DNA from: Bdellovibrionales bacterium | Lineage (GTDB): Bacteria; Bdellovibrionota; Bdellovibrionia; Bdellovibrionales; DASUEL01 | DNA length: 64,000 nucleotides | Assembly: GCA_050250255.1 (NCBI GenBank) | Contig: JBFWOZ010000006.1 | Span: forward strand, 30,887 to 94,886 | Reading direction: 5' to 3' | Shown: one piece after another, positions 35,738-46,088 of the stretch | Numbering within the stretch: position 1 is the stretch's first letter | Layout: every line of letters starts with the position of its first letter | The notes under the pieces: generated by a model | What the model saw: only the letters and a program-made list of their open reading frames with translations | Databases searched by the model: none | Told to the model about the DNA's origin: nothing | Translations under genes and position numbers: made by a program

Positions 35738-36770
35738 GTTGATAGGTTTTTTGGTTTAAGCCATATTTTTTGCAAAAGAGATGAAACATTTGTCGCAAGT
35801 TATCGGCTTGCTCACCCTGCCCGCGCATTCTGGATCCAAAATTTGAATCGTTGATTTTACCGCCACGCATATCACGAATCAAATGAAGGACTCGTTCTTT
35901 TGCTAGAGGACGATTTTGTTCTAGCCACTCTGTAAAAATAGAGCTCACAGAATATGGTAATCTTAATGGAACATATCCTGCCGACCACGCACCGGCCTCC
36001 GCAGCTGCTTTTAAAATGGATGGCATTTCGTGATCGGTAAGTCCTGGAATCACCGGCGCCACATTTACTCCCACCGGAATTCCTGCCTCACTCAAAGAAC
36101 GAATGGCGCGAAGCCGTGCCTCAGGCGTTGATGTTCGTGGTTCAAGAACACGAGCTAATTCGGTATCAAGTGTTGTCACAGAAATATACACAACAACCAA
36201 CTCATATTCTGCCAATCGCTTCAAAACATCGATGTCTCTTGCGACAAGATGATTTTTCGTTATAAGTCCTGCGGGTTGCCGAAATTCCTCAAGCACTTCA
36301 AGGCATTGACGAGTCAGACGAAAACGCGCCTCTGCGGGCTGATAACAATCTGTGACTCCACTAACCATAATGCACTCTGGCTGCCAGTTTTTAGACATCA
36401 ATTTTTCTCGAAGTAAATCTGGAGCATTTTCTTTTACAAAAATTTTAGATTCAAAATCTAAACCCGCCGACATACCGAGGTATTCATGTGTGGGCCTCGC
36501 GTAGCAGTAGGCACAGCCATGCTCACAGCCACGGTAGAAATTCATGCTGTAACGAAAGCCTATGTCAGGGCTATCGTTTTCATTAACGATGGAACGCGAA
36601 CTATCTCTATAAAAAATTGTTTTAATTTTGGAATCGTCATGAAACCATTGGTCCGTATCCTGCAGGTCAAGTGGCGGGGGTTCTATTTGAAGATGATCAA
36701 AACGACCCGTTTGGTTGCCTACGGCTCCGCGTCCACGCTGTACGTTTTTTTTGTTTTCATTTTCAACCAT
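35688..36770 (-). CDS. PA0069/Rv2578c-family radical SAM protein (SPL-like)
   Basis: GRGA, NDSPDIGF, YRGCEHGCAYCYARP, TDCYQPAE, LEPRTS, FGSRMRGQG. Confidence 0.92.
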   Translation of the reverse strand: MVENENKKNVQRGRGAVGNQTGRFDHLQIEPPPLDLQDTDQWFHDDSKIKTIFYRDSSRSIVNENDSPDIGFRYSMNFYRGCEHGCAYCYARPTHEYLGMSAGLDFESKIFVKENAPDLLREKLMSKNWQPECIMVSGVTDCYQPAEARFRLTRQCLEVLEEFRQPAGLITKNHLVARDIDVLKRLAEYELVVVYISVTTLDTELARVLEPRTSTPEARLRAIRSLSEAGIPVGVNVAPVIPGLTDHEMPSILKAAAEAGAWSAGYVPLRLPYSVSSIFTEWLEQNRPLAKERVLHLIRDMRGGKINDSNFGSRMRGQGEQADNLRQMFHLFCKKYGLNQKTYQLRTDLFQRPGDQLSLL

Positions 36771-36896
36771 CGAAGGAGAATAGCACTTTTTTCTTGATCC
36801 TCCCTAGTCCAGATCAGGAAAAAATCTATGTTGATGTCAAAATAGGTTATAAGAAGTAGCGAACTTTAAATTTAATTAAAATAATAAGGAGAAATT

Positions 36897-37382
36897 ATGA
36901 ACTCACAAAATCAGTATATTGATATTGGAATTCCCGAACAACAGAGAAAAGAAATTGCAGCAGGTCTTTCCCGCCTCTTAGCAGATACCTATACTTTGTA
37001 TTTGAAGACACACAATTTCCATTGGAACGTGACTGGACCTATGTTCCAAACTCTTCATCTCATGTTTGAAGCTCAATATAATGAACTCGCACTGGCGGTA
37101 GATCTGATTGCTGAACGAATCCGAGCGTTAGGTGTATATGCGCCGGGAAGTTACGCGGATTACGCTAAGCTCTCTACGATTAAAGACGCGGTCGGAGTAC
37201 CACACGCAAAAGATATGATTAAAGAGTTGGTCGAAGGACAAGAAGCTGTTGTAAGAACCGCGCGTGCAATTTATCCCACCGTAGAAAAGTCACACGATGA
37301 AGTTTCGGCCGATCTCCTCACGCAACGCATGACCGTTCATGAAAAAACGGCGTGGATGCTACGAAGCCTTCTTCAAGATTAA
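36897..37382 (+). CDS. dps: Dps DNA-protecting ferritin-like protein
   Basis: [46 protein letters not shown]. Confidence 0.96.
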   Translation: MNSQNQYIDIGIPEQQRKEIAAGLSRLLADTYTLYLKTHNFHWNVTGPMFQTLHLMFEAQYNELALAVDLIAERIRALGVYAPGSYADYAKLSTIKDAVGVPHAKDMIKELVEGQEAVVRTARAIYPTVEKSHDEVSADLLTQRMTVHEKTAWMLRSLLQD

Positions 37383-38938
37383 GGGTAACGAGAATTAATG
37401 GTTGTCGCGAGAGCATTCAAATCGAGAGCGCGACAGCCCTTTACTTTTCCGGCTAACGTGGACATTAATTCTGACGAATCTCCCAGCAAAGTTTCTATGA
37501 GCGCTGGCGTGGCAGATCCGCCTCTCGTAGTGATAAAACCGTAAGCTAGCGCTGCCGCTCCCGCGACCACCGGCGAAGCCATCGATGTCCCCTGAAGTCG
37601 ACCATAAGTATTTGCCAGCATAGTTGAAAGAATCCCTAAACTTGAAGAATCATTTCCAGGAGCGCTGATCTCTACAAAAGAGGCGCTGTAGTTAGAGTAA
37701 CTCGATAGCGCTTCATCGCTAACGCTGACAGCTGCAACGGCCATAGCTCCGTTTAAAGCTTTTCCATAACTCGCAGGAGAAAACCAAAGTGACTCCGTTA
37801 GCTCCACACTACTGTTGCCCGCAGCCATGATCACCGTGACGCCCGCATCGACCGCCGCCGTTAGCGCAGAAGAGTATGTCGAAGATTTTCCAACTCCGCC
37901 TAAGCTCAAGTTAATAATTCTTGCACCATTATTAATGGCGTAGAGAATCGCATTTCCTATGTTGCTTGAAGAGGCACCTTCGCTCGCACCAAATACATTG
38001 AGATGCATGATTTGCACATTTTGTCCCATCACACCCGCAACGCCAGTACCGTTGTCCCAACGTGCTGCTGAAATACCGGCCACGTGTGTTCCATGAACTT
38101 CACCCCCCGAGGACCAAGAAATAGGAGAGGGATCTGCGATATCGCTCGCGAAATTATATCCGTACAGATCATCCACATAACCATTGCCATCGTCGTCTGT
38201 TGCGTTGGATGCCACTTCATCAGAATTCAGCCAACGGTTTGCCAACAAGTCGTTATGTGCATGAGCGCCACCCGTATCAATGATGGCGATAACGGTGGTC
38301 GATGTAATTCCGTTCGTAGAATGAAAAAAAGTATCCCATGACGCCGATGAATTGATTGCCGTGTGATGTGCTTGTGAAGAAAAATTTGAATCATTGGGCG
38401 TGACCGAAGGATACGCGATCACCGCATTGGAAACTTCTATGAGGCAGGGATCTCGTGCCGCTTCTCTTGCCACATCCATCACCGACATATCGTAAGGAGC
38501 CTCCCATTGAAAATAGCGAAGTGGGAGTTTTGTATTTTGAAAAACCTGAGGCTCCACTTTCTCTCTTAAGGCAAATGTTCTTAAATCTGCAGAGCTCTGC
38601 TCTGAAAGACATTGAAGATCATAAAGAACATCTAATTTTGTCTCGTGAGAGAGTTTGAGAGCTTTCGGTTCAAAGGCGGAGTTCCAAAAATACGACTGCG
38701 CTAAAGAACCTCGTAGGCTTGAGGCGCCTGCGACAACAACAACATGTGGATCTAATTTTAATTTTCCAGCGACAATCATATCCTCTTCAAGCTGCTGAAT
38801 ACTTACCGGAGGAGCATCCGTATAACTGCAGCTTGCACTTGAGAGATTGCTATTGGCGGGATTTGATCCCAGAAGGCTATTCGCAGAGCAACCCGCGATA
38901 CTTGCAATTCCCATTAACGCGATCAAAAGACGAGACAT
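37379..38938 (-). CDS. Subtilisin-like S8 protease, lipoprotein
   Basis: Lipobox IAGC. Catalytic triad AIIDTG / HGTHVAG / GTSMASP. Confidence 0.93.
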   Translation of the reverse strand: MSRLLIALMGIASIAGCSANSLLGSNPANSNLSSASCSYTDAPPVSIQQLEEDMIVAGKLKLDPHVVVVAGASSLRGSLAQSYFWNSAFEPKALKLSHETKLDVLYDLQCLSEQSSADLRTFALREKVEPQVFQNTKLPLRYFQWEAPYDMSVMDVAREAARDPCLIEVSNAVIAYPSVTPNDSNFSSQAHHTAINSSASWDTFFHSTNGITSTTVIAIIDTGGAHAHNDLLANRWLNSDEVASNATDDDGNGYVDDLYGYNFASDIADPSPISWSSGGEVHGTHVAGISAARWDNGTGVAGVMGQNVQIMHLNVFGASEGASSSNIGNAILYAINNGARIINLSLGGVGKSSTYSSALTAAVDAGVTVIMAAGNSSVELTESLWFSPASYGKALNGAMAVAAVSVSDEALSSYSNYSASFVEISAPGNDSSSLGILSTMLANTYGRLQGTSMASPVVAGAAALAYGFITTRGGSATPALIETLLGDSSELMSTLAGKVKGCRALDLNALATTINSRYP

Positions 38939-38946
38939 AAGTTCCC

Positions 38947-39534
38947 CTAAAAATAAAAGAAGAGCGATAGAAGCGGATCGATCGTTGTTTTGATGTAGGT
39001 TTTCGATAAAGTGGTTTCAACGCCGTCTTGTAATGATTTTTCAAACTTGAAGGTACGGTAGCTTAATTGCGGGCCTAGAAAAAAGCGTTCGGAGATTTCA
39101 AATTGTGCTCCGAATGAGAGCTGAACCCCACTCCCATTTTTATATATAATTTCCGTGGCATTCGGACGTTTATCCCTGAGTTCGCCAAAGTAGTAATATG
39201 TTACGAACCCATAGATGGCTTTGTACGCAACTCCCACCGTCGGTCCCCAAGAGGTCCGCGTCCAAACATAATCACCTTCCGTGGAACCACCGCTGTCTGT
39301 CCATTTTTCTACCGATTGGTCGTAAATGCCGCCTATAAATATTCCGTTATTTTTATATCCCGCCGCAACAGATCCCACAAAATAGGTACGAGCACGCTTA
39401 CTTTGATAATCAGTTGTGTCGCCCCAATAGAAAATGGAGGGATTGAAGAACCAGCCTTTTTCCTGAATCACTTGATCTTGGGCGAATACATCGAGACTTA
39501 ACAATAGAATGAATAAAGCTATGAGCGTTTTCAA
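38947..39534 (-). CDS. Outer-membrane beta-barrel protein
   Basis: Signal peptide ending VFA, aromatic strands, terminal Phe. 8 nt upstream of the S8 gene. Confidence 0.78.
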   Translation of the reverse strand: MKTLIALFILLLSLDVFAQDQVIQEKGWFFNPSIFYWGDTTDYQSKRARTYFVGSVAAGYKNNGIFIGGIYDQSVEKWTDSGGSTEGDYVWTRTSWGPTVGVAYKAIYGFVTYYYFGELRDKRPNATEIIYKNGSGVQLSFGAQFEISERFFLGPQLSYRTFKFEKSLQDGVETTLSKTYIKTTIDPLLSLFFYF

Positions 39535-39570
39535 AGTTCCCTCTTTGTAAACTGGCTAACCGTTAATACT

Positions 39571-39597
39571 TTTTCGGCAAAAAGGTGATGAACTTCA
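39571..39597 (-). promoter_or_regulatory. Possible sigma28 (FliA) promoter
   Basis: Minus strand TGAA-N15-GCCGAAAA. Confidence 0.5.
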
Positions 39598-39636
39598 TCT
39601 AGACAAACGACCTGACCTGCAGTATCGGTTCAATAA

Positions 39637-39852
39637 ATGCGTACACTTTGGATGGCCATACACGAGCTCGCGGATGAAAAAGGGGTCGACTTATATGTTG
39701 ATCCCGACACAAACTATTCCGTATTTACACGGGGTTACCTCTTACGAAAAGGTACCTGTTGTAAATCTCAATGTCGTCACTGCCCTTATGGTGAGATGGA
39801 ACCACCCACGATAGATAAAGAAGCTTTGGATTCAAAAACCCACACCACTTAG
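39637..39852 (+). CDS. Small Cys-rich protein (DUF5522-like)
   Basis: YVDPDT...VFT..YLLRKGTCCKSQCRHCPY. Confidence 0.8.
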   Translation: MRTLWMAIHELADEKGVDLYVDPDTNYSVFTRGYLLRKGTCCKSQCRHCPYGEMEPPTIDKEALDSKTHTT

Positions 39853-39885
39853 TCCCGCTCGCTCAAAAAGCTCAAAGAGAAAATT

Positions 39886-40083
39886 ATGATTAAAGTTATC
39901 GTTTTATTATTACTTTCTAATGTCTTCATGACTTTTGCTTGGTACGGGCATCTTAAAAATTTAAAGGATAAACCCCTCTATATCGCAATTCTGATCAGTT
40001 GGTTCATCGCGTTTCTGGAGTATTGCTTACAAGTCCCTGCAAATCGCATCGGAACTCAGCACATGAGCCTCTCAGTTAAATAA
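39886..40083 (+). pseudogene. Truncated DMT-family (DUF486-like) gene
   Basis: SNVFMTFAWYGHLK...FLEYCLQVPANRIG is the N-terminal half only. It stops at 65 aa and runs directly into a terminator. Confidence 0.75.
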
Positions 40084-40117
40084 AAAAAGGACCCGCTTTT
40101 GGAGCGAGTCCTTTTTT
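40082..40117. terminator. Bidirectional terminator
   Basis: AAAAAAAGGACcCGCT-tttgg-AGCGaGTCCTTTTTT. Confidence 0.8.
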
Positions 40118-40138
40118 CTTTTTCCCTAAAATACATGA

Positions 40139-41869
40139 TTATCGAGCTTTTTTCAGTGCGGCGAGGACATCTGCAGCTCCACCCGTAACCGTTAAGCTGT
40201 CAAATGCGACCACGTTCTTTTCACCAGTCACGCTTGGCTTATAAACTTCTAAGCCTGGGTATGCGCGAGCGGTTGAAAGAACCAATTCTCGCACTTTTTC
40301 TCCCGTGAAGTTCGGGTGCTGAGAAAGAATCAAAGCTCCGACTCCCGCCACACACGGACCCGCCATGCTGGTACCGGAAAATGCAGCGTACTGATTTCCA
40401 GGAACGCTCGAAAGAACTTCAAAACCAGGAGCAAAAATATCCACAGTTTCTTTTCCGTAATTAGAAAAATAAGCCGGAAGATTGAGCCCTTTTGTTTTTG
40501 AAGAAGCTGCCACCTCAATCCAGTTAGGAATGATGTCCGCAACAGACGCCTTTACATGTTTGTTTGGAAAATTGTTTTTATCTGTGTTGAGTTTAGCATC
40601 ATTACCAGCAGAGTGAATGATTAATACACCCTTACTTGCAGCATACATAAACGCTTCGTCCACTTTTGTTTTGAGTGGAGAATAACCCTTACCAAAGCTC
40701 ATGTTAATCACGCGAGCTCCATTATCTGTCGCGTAACGAACGGCATTGGCGATATCTTTATCGTACTCATCACCATTTGGTACAGCTCGAAGCGCCATGA
40801 TGCGAACATCTGTTGCGATTCCATCGATTCCCAAATTATTTCCACGAACCGCACCAATAATACCGGCAACATGTGTTCCATGGTCTGCGCCCGGACCTTC
40901 AACGTCGTTATTTCCGTATCCGCGCTGTTGTTCAACCCTGTAAGGGTTATCACCGATGATCTGTTTCCTCGGGTCAAAGCTCTCATTGAAGTAGTATTTC
41001 AATTGATCATCATATCTTTGGAGAAGAACATCCAGACGAGCGGTGTTCGTTAAGTTATTCTTTTTGAACAACTCAATGAATTCTGCCTGAGCCATTTTTC
41101 TCACTTCTTCTGTCGGCTGAAGAGCCGTCACCATCGCCAAAGTTACTTTTTCAAATTCAACCGCGAGCAAAGTTTTAAGAACTTCGTAACGTGCCTTCAT
41201 AGCATCTTTAATGCCCTGTACCTTTGCGGTCGATGTTGTCGCGTCTGTGCGCGCCTTTGCAACCTCAGCATCCAGGTGAGCCAAGTAAGCCGCTTCTTCT
41301 TCAGAGAGCTCTCTTTTTACTTTCAACTTTTTCATACGAACAAGCTCGCGAGTGACCTCAAGAGTGGTTGCATCGATATGAACAGGCTTGCCTGTCTTGT
41401 CGACACTTCCAAGAAAGTTCCAACCGTGAATATCGTCGACATATCCGTTTTTATCGTCATCGATATTATTAGAAGCTTTATTTCTTCCATTTTTATCAAC
41501 GCCTGTCTCTCCAGGATTTTTCCAGATGTGAGCCGCGAGATCTTCATGCTCAATGTCGATACCGCTATCAATCACCGCAACAAGAATAGGCTCTACACCC
41601 GTTCTTAAGTTTAAGTCGATGTAAGCGCGATCTGCACTCACTCCCTCAATACCGTCTATTTCGGGATCTTTTGTGACCCATGTGCCTGTTGTCTCAACAC
41701 CAGGTTTCTGCGGAACATCTGTTGTTTCTGCAGAGCGATCGCCTTTCGCATTAATCGGCTCTTGATCTAATGGCCGCGAAGATTCTTGTTTGGAACACGC
41801 GCCCAAAAATAAACTCGCAATCACCAAAGATGCAGCGAATAATGATCGGCAAGGTTGTGTATTTATCAT
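40139..41869 (-). CDS. Subtilisin-like S8 protease, lipoprotein, with helical insert
   Basis: Lipobox LGAC. AVIDSG / HGTHVAG / GTSMAGP. RAVPNGDEYDKD. Confidence 0.94.
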   Translation of the reverse strand: MINTQPCRSLFAASLVIASLFLGACSKQESSRPLDQEPINAKGDRSAETTDVPQKPGVETTGTWVTKDPEIDGIEGVSADRAYIDLNLRTGVEPILVAVIDSGIDIEHEDLAAHIWKNPGETGVDKNGRNKASNNIDDDKNGYVDDIHGWNFLGSVDKTGKPVHIDATTLEVTRELVRMKKLKVKRELSEEEAAYLAHLDAEVAKARTDATTSTAKVQGIKDAMKARYEVLKTLLAVEFEKVTLAMVTALQPTEEVRKMAQAEFIELFKKNNLTNTARLDVLLQRYDDQLKYYFNESFDPRKQIIGDNPYRVEQQRGYGNNDVEGPGADHGTHVAGIIGAVRGNNLGIDGIATDVRIMALRAVPNGDEYDKDIANAVRYATDNGARVINMSFGKGYSPLKTKVDEAFMYAASKGVLIIHSAGNDAKLNTDKNNFPNKHVKASVADIIPNWIEVAASSKTKGLNLPAYFSNYGKETVDIFAPGFEVLSSVPGNQYAAFSGTSMAGPCVAGVGALILSQHPNFTGEKVRELVLSTARAYPGLEVYKPSVTGEKNVVAFDSLTVTGGAADVLAALKKAR

Positions 41870-41928
41870 TCTTTCCCCCTATGATAGGTGTGCATTGACA
41901 CCAATTTAAACGAACAGACACCTGGAAT

Positions 41929-41944
41929 AGCAACGCTTGTGCCA
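41929..41944 (-). promoter_or_regulatory. sigma54 promoter
   Basis: Minus strand TGGCAC-AAGCG-TTGCT (consensus). Confidence 0.85.
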
Positions 41945-41972
41945 GGGGTAAATAGAAATTTGGAAATATCGT

Positions 41973-43796
41973 ATGAATTCCTTTGAGGTTGCAGCTGATC
42001 CCCAGAGACAAAATCACTTCAAAACGCTTCAGAAACTGATCCACTATCTCTGGCCCCGGAGCCATAGTGGCCTAAAGATTCGCGTCATCGTAGCCATGTG
42101 CTGCCTGGTGGTTGCAAAAGTTCTGAATGTCTATGTTCCTTTCTTATTAAAAGATTTGGTGGACGTTCTTAATATTCGTACTACCGAAGTCGTCACACTC
42201 CCACTCGCTTTGATTGTCGCCTACGCCGTAGCGCGCGTCGGCTCTCAAGCCTTTGGCGAAATCCGTGATCTTCTCTTTGTTCATGTGTCACAGCACGCTC
42301 AACGAACGGTCGCGGGACACACTTTTTCTCACCTTCATGCGCTCTCTCTGAGGTTTCACTTAGATCGTCAGACCGGCGGGCTCTCGCGTGTGATTGAGCG
42401 TGGAACAAAAGCGATTCAATTTGTTTTAGGCCTCATGCTCTTTAATATTCTGCCGACTTTTTTAGAAATCTTTCTTGTCACCGGCGCCCTCTATTTAAAA
42501 TTTGGATGGGAATATTCGGCCGTGATTTTTGTCACTATTGCCTCTTACATTTTTCATACTTACTTTGTGACCGAGTGGCGACTGAAACATCGAACCGTCA
42601 TGAATAAACGCGACACCGAGGCCAATACTAAAGCGGTGGACAGTTTGCTCAACTACGAAACCGTAAAGTATTTTGGAAACGAAAAACACGAAATGAACCG
42701 TTACGATCACGCTCTTTCGTCTTACGAGCAAGCGGCCATTAAAAATCAATACACCCTTTCGACTCTTAATATTGGTCAAGGGCTCATCATTGGATTTGGA
42801 CTGGCAACGCTTCTCCTCCTCGCCTCAAGAGGCGTGCAAAGTGGAGTGCTGAGCATTGGTGATTTTGTACTTCTCAATACTTTTCTTTTACAGCTCTATA
42901 TGCCACTCAACCTTTTGGGCTTTGTCTACCGAGAAACAAAACAAGGTCTCGTCGATATGGATAAGATGTTTGAGCTTTTGGCCGTCAATCAAGAGATAAA
43001 AGATTCTCCAGACGCAAAGGCTCTCAAGGATCAGGCCCGTGACATTCAATATACTGTTGAGTTTAAAAATGTTTCTTTCTCCTACGAGCCTGACCGAAAA
43101 ATACTGAAAGATCTTAGCTTTCAAATTCCGCATGGAAAAACGGTCGCTGTCGTGGGCCCGAGTGGGGCGGGAAAGAGCACTCTCTCCCGACTCCTCTTCC
43201 GATTCTATGACGTCACTTCCGGTGCGATTCTTATTGACGGTGTGGATCTACGGAATATCAAACAGCTCGATCTACGTCATCATATTGGAATCGTTCCCCA
43301 AGACACGGTGCTGTTTAACGACACCATTCACTACAATATTCAGTATGGAAACATCCTCGCCTCTGAACAGGAAGTGATCGAGGCCGCTCGAAAATCGCAA
43401 ATACATAGTTTTGTGATGGGGCTTCCTAAAAAATATGAAACCGCGGTTGGAGAACGCGGCTTAAAACTTTCTGGTGGAGAAAAGCAACGTGTGGCCATTG
43501 CCCGTACGATTTTAAAAGACCCGCCGATTCTTATTTTTGATGAAGCGACGAGTGCTCTAGATTCTAAAACGGAAAAAGAAATTCAAGCTTCGCTCAAAGC
43601 CATTGCCCGTAACCGTACCACTCTCGTGATTGCCCATAGACTTTCCACCATTGTCGATGCCGATGAAATTTTGGTTTTAAAGGATGGGGAGATTGTGGAA
43701 CGTGGAACCCATGCAGAACATTTAAAAAGAGATGGGGAATACGCCTCGATGTGGAGAAGGCAGGCTTCTCAAAAGGACGAATCCCCTACTGCTTAG
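41973..43796 (+). CDS. ABC exporter, Atm1/HMT1 type (fused TMD-NBD)
   Basis: FHLDRQTGGLSRVIERG, DSLLNYETVKYF, GPSGAGKS, LSGGEKQR, DEATSALD. Confidence 0.94.
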   Translation: MNSFEVAADPQRQNHFKTLQKLIHYLWPRSHSGLKIRVIVAMCCLVVAKVLNVYVPFLLKDLVDVLNIRTTEVVTLPLALIVAYAVARVGSQAFGEIRDLLFVHVSQHAQRTVAGHTFSHLHALSLRFHLDRQTGGLSRVIERGTKAIQFVLGLMLFNILPTFLEIFLVTGALYLKFGWEYSAVIFVTIASYIFHTYFVTEWRLKHRTVMNKRDTEANTKAVDSLLNYETVKYFGNEKHEMNRYDHALSSYEQAAIKNQYTLSTLNIGQGLIIGFGLATLLLLASRGVQSGVLSIGDFVLLNTFLLQLYMPLNLLGFVYRETKQGLVDMDKMFELLAVNQEIKDSPDAKALKDQARDIQYTVEFKNVSFSYEPDRKILKDLSFQIPHGKTVAVVGPSGAGKSTLSRLLFRFYDVTSGAILIDGVDLRNIKQLDLRHHIGIVPQDTVLFNDTIHYNIQYGNILASEQEVIEAARKSQIHSFVMGLPKKYETAVGERGLKLSGGEKQRVAIARTILKDPPILIFDEATSALDSKTEKEIQASLKAIARNRTTLVIAHRLSTIVDADEILVLKDGEIVERGTHAEHLKRDGEYASMWRRQASQKDESPTA

Positions 43797-44473
43797 AGTT
43801 GAATCCATTTTTGGTGAAGTTCTTGCCGTTTTCCTTTTTCGAACTTCACAGCTGGGCCAATGAGCTTGGCCCGTTGATTGACTATCACGAGGCCCGCACC
43901 ATCGTCGCAACCAATAATAGGCGAACGGGTCTGTTTGGAGTACTGAATCAGCTCTTGGTCGTGGCTTCCACGCCAATCATAGTGCGGAGAAAACTCGAAA
44001 CCGACAAGGCTCATGGCTTTATAGTCTGTCAGACAGTGTTTGTTTTCATCACGATCAGCACTTGGAACTTGGGCCGTCATAATATTAGGAGTCATCACGA
44101 TCGCGCCGGCACTCATGCCCGCAAGAACCCCGCCTTTTTTCACGAATTTTTTAAACTGTGGGATGAGTTTGTTTTTTCTTAAATGATTTAAAAATATAAA
44201 AGTGTTCCCGCTCGAAAGATAAATCACATCCCCAGAAAAGACTTTTTCGAGATGTTTTGGAGAATAGTCTCTATTGGGTGCAAAGTAGTTGAAGTTTTTC
44301 ACTCCATATTTTTTGTAATAGCGTTTCCAATCACGATAATGATCGGGATGTTCATAGAACGTAAAAGGAACGTAGCTCATGACGGGCTCTTTCTTTTTGA
44401 TAAGGCCCAGGAGCTCAAGGTCTAAAGCTTCATTTATCTTATTATTGCCGCCGCTATATAAAATAAGTTTCAT
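43793..44473 (-). CDS. Peptidase S51 (peptidase E-like)
   Basis: IYLSSGNTF, GMSAGA, FSPHY. Start probably MKLILYSGG. Confidence 0.88.
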   Translation of the reverse strand: MKLILYSGGNNKINEALDLELLGLIKKKEPVMSYVPFTFYEHPDHYRDWKRYYKKYGVKNFNYFAPNRDYSPKHLEKVFSGDVIYLSSGNTFIFLNHLRKNKLIPQFKKFVKKGGVLAGMSAGAIVMTPNIMTAQVPSADRDENKHCLTDYKAMSLVGFEFSPHYDWRGSHDQELIQYSKQTRSPIIGCDDGAGLVIVNQRAKLIGPAVKFEKGKRQELHQKWIQL

Positions 44474-44670
44474 ACGACTAGATAGAGCAATCTCCATACC
44501 CTGTCTCATTCAGAGACGGACTTAAAAAGTACTTAGAAAGTGTGTGGTTAGCTGGCCTCACCATGAAACATCTTAAAACGGGACAGCTAAGGTTTTGACT
44601 GTGAGAGTGGTGACTGACACCTTGGGCAGAAGAACAAAACGTCTCAAGTTGAAACGTTTCCGTGAAAGCG

Positions 44671-44702
44671 AAGCAGTCACTGGAAACGTGACTGCTTTTT
44701 TT
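44671..44702. terminator. Terminator hairpin
   Basis: AAGCAGTCAC-tggaaac-GTGACTGCTT followed by TTTTT. The T tract is on the plus strand. Confidence 0.75.
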
Positions 44703-44712
44703 AAAATAATAA

Positions 44713-45894
44713 TTAATCTTGGCGAGGGCGCTTTTCGTTCAACTCGCGGCGAGTGCGTTCAAAGTAATCATCACCGTCCGTACGTTGATTATTACTACGA
44801 AGATCCTCGTCAAATCCCATTGGAGATTCATAGTCGTCCATGCGAATCGAGTACTCTTCTTTTTCGTAAGGACGTGACAGACGATTTTCAGGGTAACGTT
44901 TGCGGTTTGGTCTTTGTCCAAGATAGTCGCGCTTGTAGAGAAGAACTTGGCCACCGATGATAGCCGCATTATGAACGTCGAGCTCGTTGTCTAACCCAGA
45001 ACGTTTCATCCAGTTCATATCCACGTTTGGCATCGGCTGACCTGTCATGCCCAAAGAAGGATTGTAGTTACCTGGGTTTTGAAATGGACCTGGTCGGTAG
45101 CGAGGGTCTTGAATACGCTGTTGCATCTCTTCAGGGGTGCGCGCGTTCGATCCAAATTCGACAACGATCGGCTGAAGAAAGCGAAAGCCTGCGCCCATAT
45201 CACGAACTGAACCTATGCGCTCAATCAACTTCGTTGTATCTACAAGCTGTGTCTTCATGTTGCTATTGACGTAACGGCTATTCAGCGACGAGAGTGTAGA
45301 GAGTTTAATGTAAGGGGCTCCGTTGCTATTCGACGACTGGGCCATGAATTTTTTAATTTCAAGGTAGCGACCATTATAGAGGTAGCCAATGTTGAAGGCA
45401 CGATACTCGACATTATTGATTGTAGCTCTAAAGCTTAAATACCCTTCAGAGTCGAAATCAAATTCTGTGGTCGCAACCCAGTTTAAGTGAGTGCGAAGAA
45501 CGCAGGAATCATCACCGCGGAAGAAATCGACATAACATTGGTTTGAGAGAAAGGACACTCCGTAGTTTTTCCATTTGCCACCCACACACTGGAGATACCA
45601 AAGGTGCGAGAAAAATGTGGCGTTTTGTACGGGAAGTGATTTTCCATCTGGAAGCTCTAAAGCCTCTACCGGAACGCGATCACTATTATAGATGCTGAAG
45701 TGTTGGTTACGGATTTTGTAACCTTTAGGCTTGCCTCTATTGTCATAAGAAACAATCGCAGTCTTCTGTTCAGGTGGAGGTGTTGTTGCCGCGGGAGATG
45801 CTCCACCGCCGCCACCGCCGCCATCACCGCTTTTATTACAAGCCATGCCCGCAACCATTAACACTGTAAGGAACCCAAGACTCAGCTTTTTCAT
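44713..45894 (-). CDS. Hypothetical lipoprotein
   Basis: SD GAGG, lipobox GMAC, poly-Gly linker, charged tail. Sigma54-like TGGCCA-ACTTA-TTGAA at 45946-45961. Confidence 0.78.
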   Translation of the reverse strand: MKKLSLGFLTVLMVAGMACNKSGDGGGGGGGASPAATTPPPEQKTAIVSYDNRGKPKGYKIRNQHFSIYNSDRVPVEALELPDGKSLPVQNATFFSHLWYLQCVGGKWKNYGVSFLSNQCYVDFFRGDDSCVLRTHLNWVATTEFDFDSEGYLSFRATINNVEYRAFNIGYLYNGRYLEIKKFMAQSSNSNGAPYIKLSTLSSLNSRYVNSNMKTQLVDTTKLIERIGSVRDMGAGFRFLQPIVVEFGSNARTPEEMQQRIQDPRYRPGPFQNPGNYNPSLGMTGQPMPNVDMNWMKRSGLDNELDVHNAAIIGGQVLLYKRDYLGQRPNRKRYPENRLSRPYEKEEYSIRMDDYESPMGFDEDLRSNNQRTDGDDYFERTRRELNEKRPRQD

Positions 45895-45960
45895 ACACAC
45901 CTCAAGGCAAAAAAATTGCCGTTTTATTCTAACAATGAAGGTGTATTCAATAAGTTGGCC

Positions 45961-45996
45961 AAAAAAAGAGGGGTTTGCGTAGGCGCAAACCCCTCT
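45961..45996 (-). terminator. Rho-independent terminator downstream of the hpf-like gene
   Basis: AGAGGGGTTTGCG-tagg-CGCAAACCCCTCT with a T tract on the minus strand. Confidence 0.8.
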
Positions 45997-46088
45997 GTCC
46001 TCTTCATAAATTGTAGCTCATCCCACTTTTGAAAAACTCCAGTGTTAGAAACTCAACACCGGTGACGTAAATGGTCTTTCAACCTTCA

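Noticed and set aside
44540..44660. c-di-GMP-I riboswitch or merRNA-like element
   Set aside because: The GGCAAAC...GGGACGCAAA core could not be matched.
44595..44960. 121-aa plus-strand ORF
   Set aside because: Runs through a terminator and antisense to a lipoprotein gene, with no SD.
45905..45921. GGCAAAAAAATTGCC read as a sigma54 site on both strands
   Set aside because: A low-complexity inverted repeat. On the minus strand it would place the TSS past the SD. The site at 45946 fits better.
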